Source: a virus
Taxonomy: Duplodnaviria > Caudoviricetes
Length of the DNA stretch: 25,098 nucleotides
IMG/VR virus record: IMGVR_UViG_3300020330_000002
Location: 1 to 25,098 of that record
Direction: 5' to 3' (one strand)
The translations under genes were made by a program, and so were the position numbers. Below the pieces are notes generated by a model. That model did no database searches. It saw nothing but the letters and a program-made list of their open reading frames with translations, and was not told where the DNA came from. Within the stretch, counting starts at the first letter, position 1. The number at the start of each line of letters is the position of its first letter. Below are positions 1 through 9,245 of this stretch, piece by piece.

Positions 1-141
1 CCGTTCCCCAATGCAACCAACCCAAACTACGACATGGGTGGACCGTTCCCCAATGCAACCAATCCCGACTTTGACATGGGTGGACCGTTCCCCAACGCAA
101 CCAATCCCGATTTCGACATGGGTGGGCCATTCCCCAATGCA
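1..141 (+). repeat. 42-bp coding tandem repeat (MGGPFPNATNPDFD), at least 3.3 copies, continues past the window edge
   Basis: Full units at 34-75 and 76-117, partial units at 1-33 and 118-141, differing mostly at synonymous positions. Confidence 0.95.
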
Positions 142-984
142 CCTGGGCCTGGGACTGGGCCTCCTTCACCGTACGGTCCGAACCCGCAGATGCTTGGGCC
201 TGACACTTCGGACCCTGGGCCTCCTTCAATGTGGGGGCCGAACCCTCAGATGCCTGACCCCGCTGACGCTGATGCGTGGGGCCAGATGTTGGAGGGGATT
301 CAAGGCGAGTTTGGCAACGTAGACAGCATTTATAACCCGCAGCACGGTCCCCCCAGTGGCGACGGTTGGGGCTGGGACGATGAAAGCAGCGGCTACGACC
401 CTTGGAACCCACCTGGCGGTGGTGTGCCCGACATGAGCGGCTACGGCCCTTGGAACCCACCTGGTGGCGGTATGCCTGACATGGGCGGCTTCGGCCCCGA
501 ATACGACTATGGCATGCAGGGGTCAGGCCCAAGCGCAGGAATGGGGACATCCAACCCGAACACAGGGGAATACCTCCAGTTTGCCGCAGGGTTGGCAGAG
601 AACGAGGCGCAGCGCGGCATGCTGACCGAAGGCGACGCGTTCTGGGATATACAACATGACCGCAAGTGGGACGACATACATCGTCAAATCCCTGGGCTTT
701 ACAACAGTCTCGGGATGATTGATTCTGGGCTGTTCTCACGGGCGCAGGCTTTAGCGAGAGGCGACCAGAACACGGAACAGGCGATACAGGATTGGCAACT
801 TGAGAACGCCGTTTCGGCGCTGGATCGTTCAGACATGGCGTTGAACCAGCAGTTGACTGGTGGCCTGACTGGAAACTTGTTCAATGATTTCTCTGGCGGC
901 ACGATGGCTCCTGCCGCCCCCTCTGAGTACGGCTGGAGAGAGTATTTAGACGCATATCAGAACGGAACCCTGGGAGCCGCTTGA
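1..984 (+). CDS. Pro/Gly/Asp-rich repeat protein, 5'-truncated; putative internal virion protein
   Basis: Frame 1 is open from base 1 (PFPNATNPNYDMGG...) to TGA at 982-984; TGATG overlap with the next gene; helical C-terminal third. Confidence 0.75.
   Translation, partial: PFPNATNPNYDMGGPFPNATNPDFDMGGPFPNATNPDFDMGGPFPNAPGPGTGPPSPYGPNPQMLGPDTSDPGPPSMWGPNPQMPDPADADAWGQMLEGIQGEFGNVDSIYNPQHGPPSGDGWGWDDESSGYDPWNPPGGGVPDMSGYGPWNPPGGGMPDMGGFGPEYDYGMQGSGPSAGMGTSNPNTGEYLQFAAGLAENEAQRGMLTEGDAFWDIQHDRKWDDIHRQIPGLYNSLGMIDSGLFSRAQALARGDQNTEQAIQDWQLENAVSALDRSDMALNQQLTGGLTGNLFNDFSGGTMAPAAPSEYGWREYLDAYQNGTLGAA
388..483 (+). repeat. 48-bp coding tandem repeat (SGYxPWNPPGGGxPDM x2)
   Basis: Units at 388-435 and 436-483. 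Confidence 0.9.
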
Positions 985-2543
985 TGGGTGTTTGGGATTC
1001 GATCAAGGGTGGTGTTGGGGCTGCTTGGGATCAGACAGGCGGGCGCGCTTGGGATGCCCACCAGCGGGCCAACGAGGATGAACGTATCTTAGGGTTGAAC
1101 CCCGACAAGGGTCTTTACCAGGGTTTGGAGGGGGTGGCTGACTTCGCAAGGGGGTTACCTGACTTCGCAAAGGGGTATGCCGATCTGGTTTTCGATACGT
1201 CGCCGTCAGGGGTGGCATGGAACCTGAACAATTATCTAAAGGGCCAGTGGGCGCCAACGGAACCTGATCCCATTATTTCAGGCCCGACGATATATGGACC
1301 AGGGGTAACGGATCCCACTCCTGAGCAAATCGCTGCGGCAGCCGCTGCGGAAATGGGCGCCGCGTGGCAGCCTCAACACGACGCCGATTTCGGCGGGTTG
1401 ACAACCAACCCGCCCGCGCCGACCCCGTTTGCACGCCCCGAGTTTGACCCATCGGGGATCACGGGACCATACGGCACATACAGCGACGCGCTCGATGACA
1501 ACTACAACAACTACGTGTCGATCTTGGAGGGGCTTTCCACGGGTCCCCGCACGAGTCGAATCGAAGAAATGTACAGTCTCGCCACGGAGGAGGCTGCGCG
1601 TCTCAGCGGAGCTGCCGACGCTTATGGTCTGACGCAGGGTGAACGCATCACCAACGACGCTAAGGCAATGTATGAGCGGTTGGGTGGTTTGACAGCCGAC
1701 TTTGAAACAGAACTTCAACTTATACGGGAAGATCAGAGTAGTCGTCTGGGTGTTTCCAGGGAGGTACGGAACGCCCGTATAGACGAGGCTGCCGAAGGGC
1801 TGGGTGACGCTGCGGCGACATTCTTGGTGTCCGCAACGGCATCCAGCGACATTCTTGATGCACAGGGGAACCGCCAGCAGGTTCACAGTGACCGCATGGA
1901 CCGTTTGTATGCGGGCTGGTCGTTGGACAATGCGATGAGAGCGGTTGGTTTGGAGAAGTCGGAGCGCCGTGACTTGGCCGACAGGGTGTTGGCTTTGAAG
2001 GAGAACGCCAAGAAGATGCGGTACGACGAGGGGCAGAAAAGGTTGGAGCGTTTGTACGCCGCTGAGGAGTCTGCTGCTGACCGCGAGTTCGATATGGCTA
2101 CGACGTTGGCCGACATGGGTTACACCCATGGCGCCAACCTTGCCGAGATTGGCCTTGAGGGCGCGTTGGGGGTCAGCGAAGCCGAGGAAGCGTTTGATTC
2201 GCAGTGGGATGAGGCTGAGGCGTACTGGGAGAATCCTGTGACGGCTAACGCTTTTGCGGGGATGGATCCGTCGATGATGGGTGGCGCTGATCCGCAGACG
2301 ATGTTTGACAACTGGTTGGCGATTCAGCAGATGATGCAGGCTGGCGCTGGTGGTGCTGGTGATGATATTGGCCCGCTGCTTCAGGATCCAGCGTATGGGG
2401 CGCATTGGGCGGGCGCGTACACCATCGACCCAGCGACGGGGCTGCCAGTCTTCGATCCGCAGGAGATGACCGCTATCTCGGGTGCTATTGGCATGGCGCC
2501 ATCCGACCTGCTTTCTAACGTATACGCTCCTCCAGGCACCTAG
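984..2543 (+). CDS. Putative internal virion/ejection protein with coiled-coil core (519 aa)
   Basis: ATG at 984 overlaps the upstream TGA; Ala/Glu/Arg-rich helical middle; lies between a repeat protein and a giant protein upstream of the lysin. Confidence 0.65.
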   Translation: MGVWDSIKGGVGAAWDQTGGRAWDAHQRANEDERILGLNPDKGLYQGLEGVADFARGLPDFAKGYADLVFDTSPSGVAWNLNNYLKGQWAPTEPDPIISGPTIYGPGVTDPTPEQIAAAAAAEMGAAWQPQHDADFGGLTTNPPAPTPFARPEFDPSGITGPYGTYSDALDDNYNNYVSILEGLSTGPRTSRIEEMYSLATEEAARLSGAADAYGLTQGERITNDAKAMYERLGGLTADFETELQLIREDQSSRLGVSREVRNARIDEAAEGLGDAAATFLVSATASSDILDAQGNRQQVHSDRMDRLYAGWSLDNAMRAVGLEKSERRDLADRVLALKENAKKMRYDEGQKRLERLYAAEESAADREFDMATTLADMGYTHGANLAEIGLEGALGVSEAEEAFDSQWDEAEAYWENPVTANAFAGMDPSMMGGADPQTMFDNWLAIQQMMQAGAGGAGDDIGPLLQDPAYGAHWAGAYTIDPATGLPVFDPQEMTAISGAIGMAPSDLLSNVYAPPGT

Positions 2544-5500
2544 TGGTCACCGTTCCACGGTCGGCCCTGGCGAAGGCGGTAGCGGGGATCCCCCGCATAG
2601 CGCCGCTCCCGAAAATCGCAGGCGTCACTGGCGGTGCCGCTCGACGCGCACCGCAGATCATCGGGTCATACGATCCTGGCTTCGACCGAGACGAGGGGTT
2701 CTTCAAGAACCTGTTGACTGGTCCCATCGGGCAGGCTCTTTCCACTATTGATTTGGGCCGTTCGGCGGTGGTGTCCACTGTCAAGGAGGGCGTGGACCTC
2801 GTACAGGGGGAGGGGTTTTCTGGGTCGGATTGGGTGAACCAGGTGAAAACCCATTACGGGTTTGGTGACATTCTCCGTGACGAGGACATTGATTTGGGCA
2901 AGTGGGGGAACCGTGCTGTCGGCTTCATAGGCGATGTGGCGTTGGATCCGTTGACGTATGCGACGTTGGGTTCAGCGACGTTGGCGAAGGCTACGGCCCG
3001 TGAGGTTGCCGACCAGTTGGTTGCGGCGGGTAACAGGCAAGCTGCGAAGCGGGTTATCAAGTCGGGGTCGAAGTTGGCTGCGGGCGGTAAGGCGTTGCGT
3101 AGTGTCGGCTATGACGTTGGGTTGAGCATGTCGATGCCTGGTACGGGCATGTTTGGGCGTGCTGTCAGGATGGATCGTGTCCTAGACAACATCACGGGCG
3201 GCGCCATCAGTCGCCGCCGTGCAGCGCAGTGGGCGCCTTGGTTCCAGACGACTGGGGCTAAGTACGGGATGACTGCGAAGCAGTCGCAGGAGTTGTTTGC
3301 GAGGGCGGTTGGTAGTAGTCGGACGCAGGCCCGACAGTTGTTGGATGACGAAGCCAGGGCGCTTGCGGGGCGTCACGCTGGCAAGACTGGCACCGCTTAT
3401 ACAGCGGATCTGGTCAGCGAGATTTCTGACGATTTGTTCAACCTGTCCAACAGGGCGAGAACGTCACGGGTGGACCTGTTCTGGCGCAACGGGACGGCTT
3501 CTACCCGACCTCCTGAGTGGGCGCGTGTCACGCAGGGGTTGAGTGGTGACACGGTGCGTGGCACCGCTGGTGGTGTCGGCGGGTTCGCTGCCCGTGGCGG
3601 CGACAACGTGGTTATTCGCATGGCAGCGTCGGCCCCTGGACGTGTGTTGCAGAGCGCGTTGCGTTCACGCATCGGGAAGGGCTTGTCCAGGGGGTTGGAT
3701 CAGAAGGCGAAGCGGACGAAGTTCATGTTGGACGCTTTGGATTCTGGTGATGCGCTTTCGTATCAGGCGGCACGGGTTGTTGAGGATGGTGTGACCCGTG
3801 GTCACGCCAACAACGGGTTGTTCGCTGAGGCTGTGGATCGGTTGCAGTCAAAGATGTTGGGCGCCGCCTTTGAGGGCGGCTTCGACATCTCTGGTGCTGC
3901 TCCTGGTCCGATTTCGGGCAGGGTCACGATGGGTATGGGGGAGCGTGCTAAGGCTTCTGCGATTCTGTTGGATGCTATGGATGAGCCGTGGACGTATGCC
4001 GATGGCACGTTCAATGAGAATCTGCGCCCGTTCATAGACCATGTGGAGCAGTTCCGTCGTGTTGACACTGTGCAGCCTGAGAAGTTGCATGAGGAGTTGC
4101 GGAAGTTTTGGGATGAGATGGGTGAGACGTGGGAGACGTTGACTGGTCGCAAGATCGACAAGAGTGATCTGACCCCTGACGAGGTGTATGTGACTCGCCG
4201 TATGACGCCTGAGGCGCGGGAGGCGGCGAAGGGGGAGGGTTGGTATAGGGCGATGAAGAAGTCGGCGGACGCTATGGGGGAGCGTCTGGACCCTGATGCT
4301 GCTGCGGGGAGCGGCAAGCAGGATGTCAGGGATGTTGCGTATTCTCAGAAGGAACGTGCTTTCAAGGCTGGCGGGACGTTTACTTGGAAGGGGAAGAAGT
4401 TTGAGATCCTTACTCCTGGTGCTGCGACTACGGCGGGTGGGCGTGCCCCGTCGGTGCGCCGACAGATCATCGACTTCCTGAGAGAAGTCGATCCTGAGAT
4501 CGCAGACAACTTCTTCGTTTCTGACACGGCGAAACTGATCGACACGTACAAGGTCGCTCAGGGCCGTGAGATCCTGTGGGCTTCCATTGAAAGCAACTTG
4601 GCGAAGCACGGCATCTTTGTGGAGGCCGCCGATTTGCGCGCCTACAACGGGGTGATGAACGACATGGAGAAGGGCGCTGCGGGGATGCGCGCCCAAGCGG
4701 GGAAGCTGGGCGTCAAGGCGGAGGCGAAGCGCGTCCATTCGCAGGAGGCGGCAGCCAGGGCTAAGGGCAAGTGGGATGAGTCGCAGCAGTTGACTGACGA
4801 TGCGTCTGACGCTGCGACGCGGGCTAACGCTACGGCGGAGGCCGATTTGAACGCGTTGGATCCGAGGATCGCTCAGGTGCAGCGGGCGGTTATGAATCTG
4901 ACTGACGAGATTGACGGCAAGTTGCGGGATGCGGCGACGAAGCGTTTCCGCACCGCTCCTGATGTCGCGGATGCTCAACGCGATCTGTTCGACATGTCGA
5001 TTGCGTTGGAGTCCACGACCCGTCTGGCCCGCATGTTGAACACGGTCGCTGACGGGATAACGGATCGTGCCCAGAAGGCTGGCTTGTCTGACCTGAGTGG
5101 CCCCGCCGAGCATCACATGAAGCGTAAGGCTGCTTATGCGGAAATTCTTCGCCAGTTGGAACTGGCTAAGGATTTGATCGGTATAGCGCAACGCAAGGCT
5201 GGTCAGTTGGGTGCGTTGGACCGCACCGTTCAGGACATTCAAGACTTGGTTGACGGGCTGTCGGGCAAGTCTCGTGGGGGGCTGGGCCGCAAGGACGCTG
5301 GGCCGAAGTACATCCAGAACTATGTGGATCAGGTGGATGAGATCCGCAGGTTGGGCGTCGAGTTGGATGCGGAGATCACGTTCAACGCTGGTTGGCGTGC
5401 CCCCACTGATCTGAGCGATTTGACGAACCGTAACTGGGTGGAGCAGGCACGTCGAAGGTTGCAGCAGGATTTCACTGCCGAGGTGGCGGATCGGGCTGAG

Positions 5501-7531
5501 GCTTTGAAGTTGGGGGCTGATGCCGAAGCTGTTGGCACAACCCCCCAGGGTTCCCTGATTGACATTGAAGCGGAGCGGTTGACGATCGAGGCTGCTCGAC
5601 GCGAAGCGTTGCAGGAAGTCGTGAACATGAACAGGCGCGCCCAGGAGGCGTGGATTGAGGGTTCTCGTCTGGCAGGGTTTGATCCGATGGGTGGCCCCGT
5701 GGGTGGGGGCGGCCCGTACAAGGGACGCACGGGTCCGTTGGTGGATGGAAAATCAACAGCGCGGTTCCCGAACTATCAGAGGAACAAGGCTGAGGCTTTG
5801 GATCTGATCTCGCAGCGGGACGCTGCGGAAGCCAAGCTGCTTGACACTGAGATCGGTCAGGTTCTCGAAACGGACATGGGGAAGTTTCAGCAGGCCGAGA
5901 ACATGTTCAAACACATGATCGACGGCAGGTACCTTGACCCAGATACGAGCATTGCTGCGTTGCGTGCAGGGTTCAGGGACGGCGCTGTCCCCTTCGGACC
6001 TGCCGTCGATGGGAAACCAATGTATATGTCGATCCTTACTGCTGGTGACGGTGCCTCCGCTCGGGCGAACAAGGCGGTCAACGACAAGTTCTTGGACATG
6101 ATGCGGTCCACGTTGAACTCTGGGGCTGGAACAGGCAACGAGTTTTGGAAGGCGTGGGATTCGTTGACGGGCTATTTCAAAGCGCAGGCGATTGCGCGGC
6201 CCGCGTTCATTCAACGCAACCTGCTGGGCGGCGTGTTCAACAACATCCTGGCTGGGATGCAGTTCGACAACATGTTTATTTACATGAAGGCGCGCCATCG
6301 GGCGATGAAGGCGGGCTGGGATGATGCGTTGGCTGAGGCGGGGGTAGATCCTCGTGACTGGGACGGCAGCTTCCAGGATTTCCTGGGGAAGCGCCCCGCC
6401 GACCTGAAGCGGCGCGCTGCACGGTTGGGGGCCGAGAAGTTGGCGAAGAACCCGAAGGACGTGGTGATGCGCGACTTCGCCAGGGTGTACAGGTCGGGTG
6501 CTGTCGGTGCAGGTCAGGCTTCTATGGATGTCGCACAGTCGTTCCGACTGGGCGGCGCCACCCACATCGACCGTTATGGTCGCCCCATCAGGGCGAACAT
6601 GCTGCGGCGTGACAACGTGTTCAACACGGCGATTCGTAACGGCAACTCTGAGGCGGAAGAACTGTTGCGCGGCATGTTGGCTTTCGATTCGGTGACGACG
6701 GGCATGTCGGACATAGAAGCGATTGCCAGGGTCAACAAGTTCCATTTCAACTACTCGAAGGAAGCGCAAACCGACTTTGAACGACAGGTCGCTTCCCGCG
6801 CTATACCGTTCTATACGTGGACACGTAACTCGATTCCGTTGATGGCGACCCAGTTGGGTCGCAACCCGAAGCCTTTCGTTCGGTACCTCCAGTTGAAGAA
6901 CAACATTGAAAGCGGTGTTGAGAAGGACAGGAATGTTCCCGACTGGTACGGGGAGCGGTGGGGTATCGACCTGTCGGGCCTGTTGGGCAACCCCAATCAG
7001 GGGCAGCGAACATTCGCTTTCCCTGATTTGCCATTCATGGATCTCATCAACGTGGCGAAGATGCCTTCCAGGGAGACACCGTTTGGGCCTGCCCAGCACA
7101 TAGCGGAAGGGTTGGCCCCTCAGATCAAAGCCCCCATCGAGTACCTGACGGGAACGAACATCTTTACGCAGGCTGAGATCGGAACAGATTTCATTCCGCC
7201 TCCTCGCGTGTTCGACATCCCAGGGTTGTTGCCGTTCTTGTCGAAGGCGTTGCCGATGGGGATGGTGAAGAAGAACCATAAGGGCCAGTGGGGTATGCGA
7301 GAAGACTTCGCGTACCACCTCGGCAACTTCGTGCCCTATATCACGCAGATGCGGCGCCTCGCCCCGAAGGAGGAGCGATTCAAGGAAGACCTGTTGTTGA
7401 ACTGGTTGAATTGGATTTCGCCTATCGGCATGCGGGAACGCGATTGGCGTGCTGGTCGAGGCACGGCGTATGCGAGGCAACGTGACAGGTCTGAAGACAG
7501 GCGCCGCATGATTTCATTGGAGAACCTGTGA
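2543..7531 (+). CDS. Giant (1662 aa) putative DNA-ejection/internal virion protein with a C-terminus resembling large polyvalent phage proteins
   Basis: TAGTG overlap start; N-terminal 'GFIGDVALDPLTY' motif; C-terminal 'HFNYS..RAIPFYTWTRNSIP..PQIKAPIEYLTGTNIFT' pattern typical of large phage internal proteins. Confidence 0.7.
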   Translation: MVTVPRSALAKAVAGIPRIAPLPKIAGVTGGAARRAPQIIGSYDPGFDRDEGFFKNLLTGPIGQALSTIDLGRSAVVSTVKEGVDLVQGEGFSGSDWVNQVKTHYGFGDILRDEDIDLGKWGNRAVGFIGDVALDPLTYATLGSATLAKATAREVADQLVAAGNRQAAKRVIKSGSKLAAGGKALRSVGYDVGLSMSMPGTGMFGRAVRMDRVLDNITGGAISRRRAAQWAPWFQTTGAKYGMTAKQSQELFARAVGSSRTQARQLLDDEARALAGRHAGKTGTAYTADLVSEISDDLFNLSNRARTSRVDLFWRNGTASTRPPEWARVTQGLSGDTVRGTAGGVGGFAARGGDNVVIRMAASAPGRVLQSALRSRIGKGLSRGLDQKAKRTKFMLDALDSGDALSYQAARVVEDGVTRGHANNGLFAEAVDRLQSKMLGAAFEGGFDISGAAPGPISGRVTMGMGERAKASAILLDAMDEPWTYADGTFNENLRPFIDHVEQFRRVDTVQPEKLHEELRKFWDEMGETWETLTGRKIDKSDLTPDEVYVTRRMTPEAREAAKGEGWYRAMKKSADAMGERLDPDAAAGSGKQDVRDVAYSQKERAFKAGGTFTWKGKKFEILTPGAATTAGGRAPSVRRQIIDFLREVDPEIADNFFVSDTAKLIDTYKVAQGREILWASIESNLAKHGIFVEAADLRAYNGVMNDMEKGAAGMRAQAGKLGVKAEAKRVHSQEAAARAKGKWDESQQLTDDASDAATRANATAEADLNALDPRIAQVQRAVMNLTDEIDGKLRDAATKRFRTAPDVADAQRDLFDMSIALESTTRLARMLNTVADGITDRAQKAGLSDLSGPAEHHMKRKAAYAEILRQLELAKDLIGIAQRKAGQLGALDRTVQDIQDLVDGLSGKSRGGLGRKDAGPKYIQNYVDQVDEIRRLGVELDAEITFNAGWRAPTDLSDLTNRNWVEQARRRLQQDFTAEVADRAEALKLGADAEAVGTTPQGSLIDIEAERLTIEAARREALQEVVNMNRRAQEAWIEGSRLAGFDPMGGPVGGGGPYKGRTGPLVDGKSTARFPNYQRNKAEALDLISQRDAAEAKLLDTEIGQVLETDMGKFQQAENMFKHMIDGRYLDPDTSIAALRAGFRDGAVPFGPAVDGKPMYMSILTAGDGASARANKAVNDKFLDMMRSTLNSGAGTGNEFWKAWDSLTGYFKAQAIARPAFIQRNLLGGVFNNILAGMQFDNMFIYMKARHRAMKAGWDDALAEAGVDPRDWDGSFQDFLGKRPADLKRRAARLGAEKLAKNPKDVVMRDFARVYRSGAVGAGQASMDVAQSFRLGGATHIDRYGRPIRANMLRRDNVFNTAIRNGNSEAEELLRGMLAFDSVTTGMSDIEAIARVNKFHFNYSKEAQTDFERQVASRAIPFYTWTRNSIPLMATQLGRNPKPFVRYLQLKNNIESGVEKDRNVPDWYGERWGIDLSGLLGNPNQGQRTFAFPDLPFMDLINVAKMPSRETPFGPAQHIAEGLAPQIKAPIEYLTGTNIFTQAEIGTDFIPPPRVFDIPGLLPFLSKALPMGMVKKNHKGQWGMREDFAYHLGNFVPYITQMRRLAPKEERFKEDLLLNWLNWISPIGMRERDWRAGRGTAYARQRDRSEDRRRMISLENL

Positions 7532-8301
7532 GGGCTGCTTTCGTTTCCCGCTCAGAGTGGGGTGCTACCGCTCCGACCAAGGGGTGGACGTGGCTGAACC
7601 CGAAACGGGTGCAGGGCATCGTTATCCACCACAGCGGAGTGGAGAACGGCCCCACGGGGGCCGAAGCCGTGCGTGCCTTTGAACGCCACCACATGGGGGT
7701 CAGGGGGTGGTCGTCCATTGCGTACAATTGGCTTATTGATGTGGATGGCACAGTGTATGAGGGGCGGCGAAGTGGCGCCGTGGGTGGCGCCACCAAGAAC
7801 TGGAACTTCAAAACGGAAGCCGTTTCGTACATCGGGGACGGTAATCAGCCGTTGAGTTTGGAAGCCCAGCAGGGATTCCGAACGGTTATAGACGAGTTGC
7901 AACATAAGTACGGTGGGGGCCTGTGGGTCAAAGGGCATAAAGATTTGGCTTCTACCAGTTGCCCTGGGTTGTGGCTTTACGGCTGGGTGATGGGAGGCGC
8001 ACACTTCGAGGCGCCCCCTGGGGGGCACGCCCCTTCTGTTGATTGGGGTGACGTTACCACCTATCTGCGGGCGGTGGGTGCCAACTTTGACAGCCACCCG
8101 TTGAAGCGCAGGATGCGCGGCAACGAGGTGCGTCTTGTTCAATCAATGCTGAAGCAGCACAATTGTGACCCTGGCCCTGCCGATGGTATATTCGGTTGGA
8201 AAACCAAGGGCGCAGTCAAGCAGTTCCAACGAAACAGGGGCTTTTTGAAGGTGAACGGGGCGGTCAACAAGGCCACTTGGGACGCTTTGTTCTTTATGTA
8301 G
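7528..8301 (+). CDS. Endolysin: N-acetylmuramoyl-L-alanine amidase (Amidase_2/PGRP-like) plus C-terminal peptidoglycan-binding domain
   Basis: SRSEWGA, IVIHHS, GWSSIAYNWLIDVDGTVYEGR and GHKDLASTSCPG zinc ligands; PG_binding_1-like VRLVQSML..DGIFGWKTKGAVKQFQ. Confidence 0.95.
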   Translation: MRAAFVSRSEWGATAPTKGWTWLNPKRVQGIVIHHSGVENGPTGAEAVRAFERHHMGVRGWSSIAYNWLIDVDGTVYEGRRSGAVGGATKNWNFKTEAVSYIGDGNQPLSLEAQQGFRTVIDELQHKYGGGLWVKGHKDLASTSCPGLWLYGWVMGGAHFEAPPGGHAPSVDWGDVTTYLRAVGANFDSHPLKRRMRGNEVRLVQSMLKQHNCDPGPADGIFGWKTKGAVKQFQRNRGFLKVNGAVNKATWDALFFM

Positions 8302-8314
8302 GAGGTGCATTTCG

Positions 8315-8437
8315 ATGCCCAAAGGTAAGGGATACGACGACGATTCGATGCGCGACAAGGCGAAGAAAGACGCCGCCTATCTGCGTAGCACGAAACTGGG
8401 GAACGCCAACAGCGGCGGACGCCCCTTCGGGAAGTAG
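8315..8437 (+). CDS. Basic microprotein, 40 aa (MPKGKGYDDDSMRDKAKKDAAYLRSTKLGNANSGGRPFGK)
   Basis: Strong RBS AGGAGGT before the ATG at 8315; fills the gap after the endolysin. Confidence 0.75.
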   Translation: MPKGKGYDDDSMRDKAKKDAAYLRSTKLGNANSGGRPFGK

Positions 8438-8443
8438 GACACC

Positions 8444-8575
8444 ATGAAGGATGGTTCAACACCACGCCTAGTGAAGGCCGCCAAGGTGCTCGTCACCACA
8501 GTGAAAACTGGTGGCGGCATCGGTGAGGTCGGCTCACCGTCTAAGAGCGGCGCCCGTAAAGCCCTGCGCGACTGA
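8444..8575 (+). CDS. Basic microprotein, 43 aa (MKDGSTPRLVKAAKVLVTTVKTGGG...KSGARKALRD)
   Basis: AGGA upstream; ATG 6 nt after the previous stop; ends in a TGATG overlap. Confidence 0.7.
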   Translation: MKDGSTPRLVKAAKVLVTTVKTGGGIGEVGSPSKSGARKALRD

Positions 8576-8610
8576 TGCCAGGGAAGAAGCCTCGACGCCC
8601 AAGGTACTAG
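8575..8610 (+). CDS. Putative 11-aa peptide MPGKKPRRPRY
   Basis: ATG overlaps the previous TGA; its TAG is 1 nt before the next ATG, tiling the gap exactly. Confidence 0.45.
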   Translation: MPGKKPRRPRY

Positions 8611-8611
8611 C

Positions 8612-8749
8612 ATGCCTCTGATGCGCGGCGCTTCTCAGAACGCCATCAACACGAACATTGGGCGCCTCATCAACGAGGGGTACCCGCGCGATCAGGCGGT
8701 CGCTATCGCCCATGATCACGCCAAACGATCTAGAAAGAGGAAGAAATGA
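8612..8749 (+). CDS. Conserved small basic phage protein, 45 aa (MPLMRGASQNAINTNIGRLINEGYPRDQAVAIAHDHAKRSRKRKK)
   Basis: Resembles the widespread 'MPLxKGxSxxxISxNIxxLxxxGxPxxQAVAIA' phage family; ATGA overlap with the holin. Confidence 0.85.
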   Translation: MPLMRGASQNAINTNIGRLINEGYPRDQAVAIAHDHAKRSRKRKK

Positions 8750-8940
8750 CTACTTTGAATTCGGGGGACTGGAGAGACAAGCTAGAACGGGCAGCAGCTA
8801 CGTTCGCACAAGCATTCCTTTCCGTGTTTATACTGGGGGACATGTCCACAATCGAAACTGCTTCCGTAAGTGCTGGCGCTGCGTTGCTGGCCCTGGTGAA
8901 AGCTTGGTGCAAGGAAGTATTGGACAAGCGGGCTGCGTAA
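8746..8940 (+). CDS. Holin, r1t-like
   Basis: W..LERAAATFAQ signature, two hydrophobic segments, charged C-terminus, near the endolysin. Confidence 0.85.
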   Translation: MTTLNSGDWRDKLERAAATFAQAFLSVFILGDMSTIETASVSAGAALLALVKAWCKEVLDKRAA

Positions 8941-9245
8941 TGTCTGACGAATGGGAGATGTTTCTCGCTGAACACGGCGACGACATCACGGAAACAGTGC
9001 ATGGCAACATGCGCCGTGACGTGAACCTGTTCGACATAGAAGACGGAACGCATGCGGGCTGGTGCAAAGACAGGCTCGGCGTCCTCATCGTTTTAACCGA
9101 GGAGGAAGCCGAGGGGCTTGTGTCTGAGGACTGGCGCGTCCAACAAGGGTACAGTGTGCATCCCGTGTTCAAGGAGTTCTTCGGCAGGCTGATTCAGGAC
9201 ATGACGGTGCGGGCATTGGATGCCCGCTCCGACCCTGAGATCTAG
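8940..9245 (+). CDS. Acidic hypothetical protein, 101 aa (MSDEWEMFLAEHG...)
   Basis: TAATG overlap with the holin stop; it is the 3' half of track ORF 8658..9245. Confidence 0.75.
   Translation: MSDEWEMFLAEHGDDITETVHGNMRRDVNLFDIEDGTHAGWCKDRLGVLIVLTEEEAEGLVSEDWRVQQGYSVHPVFKEFFGRLIQDMTVRALDARSDPEI

Noticed and set aside
1278-7480. Long minus-strand ORFs (1278..2405, 3848..5242, 5753..7480)
   Set aside because: Antisense shadows of real GC-rich genes; no motifs or RBS, and a composition typical of reverse-frame reading
2543-7531. Tape measure protein or virion RNA polymerase call for the 1662-aa ORF
   Set aside because: No tape-measure periodicity or adjacent chaperone frameshift, and no polymerase catalytic motif that I could identify
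8658-8939. 5' extension of track ORF 8658..9245
   Set aside because: Overlaps the conserved 45-aa protein and the holin; the coupled ATG at 8940 is the better start
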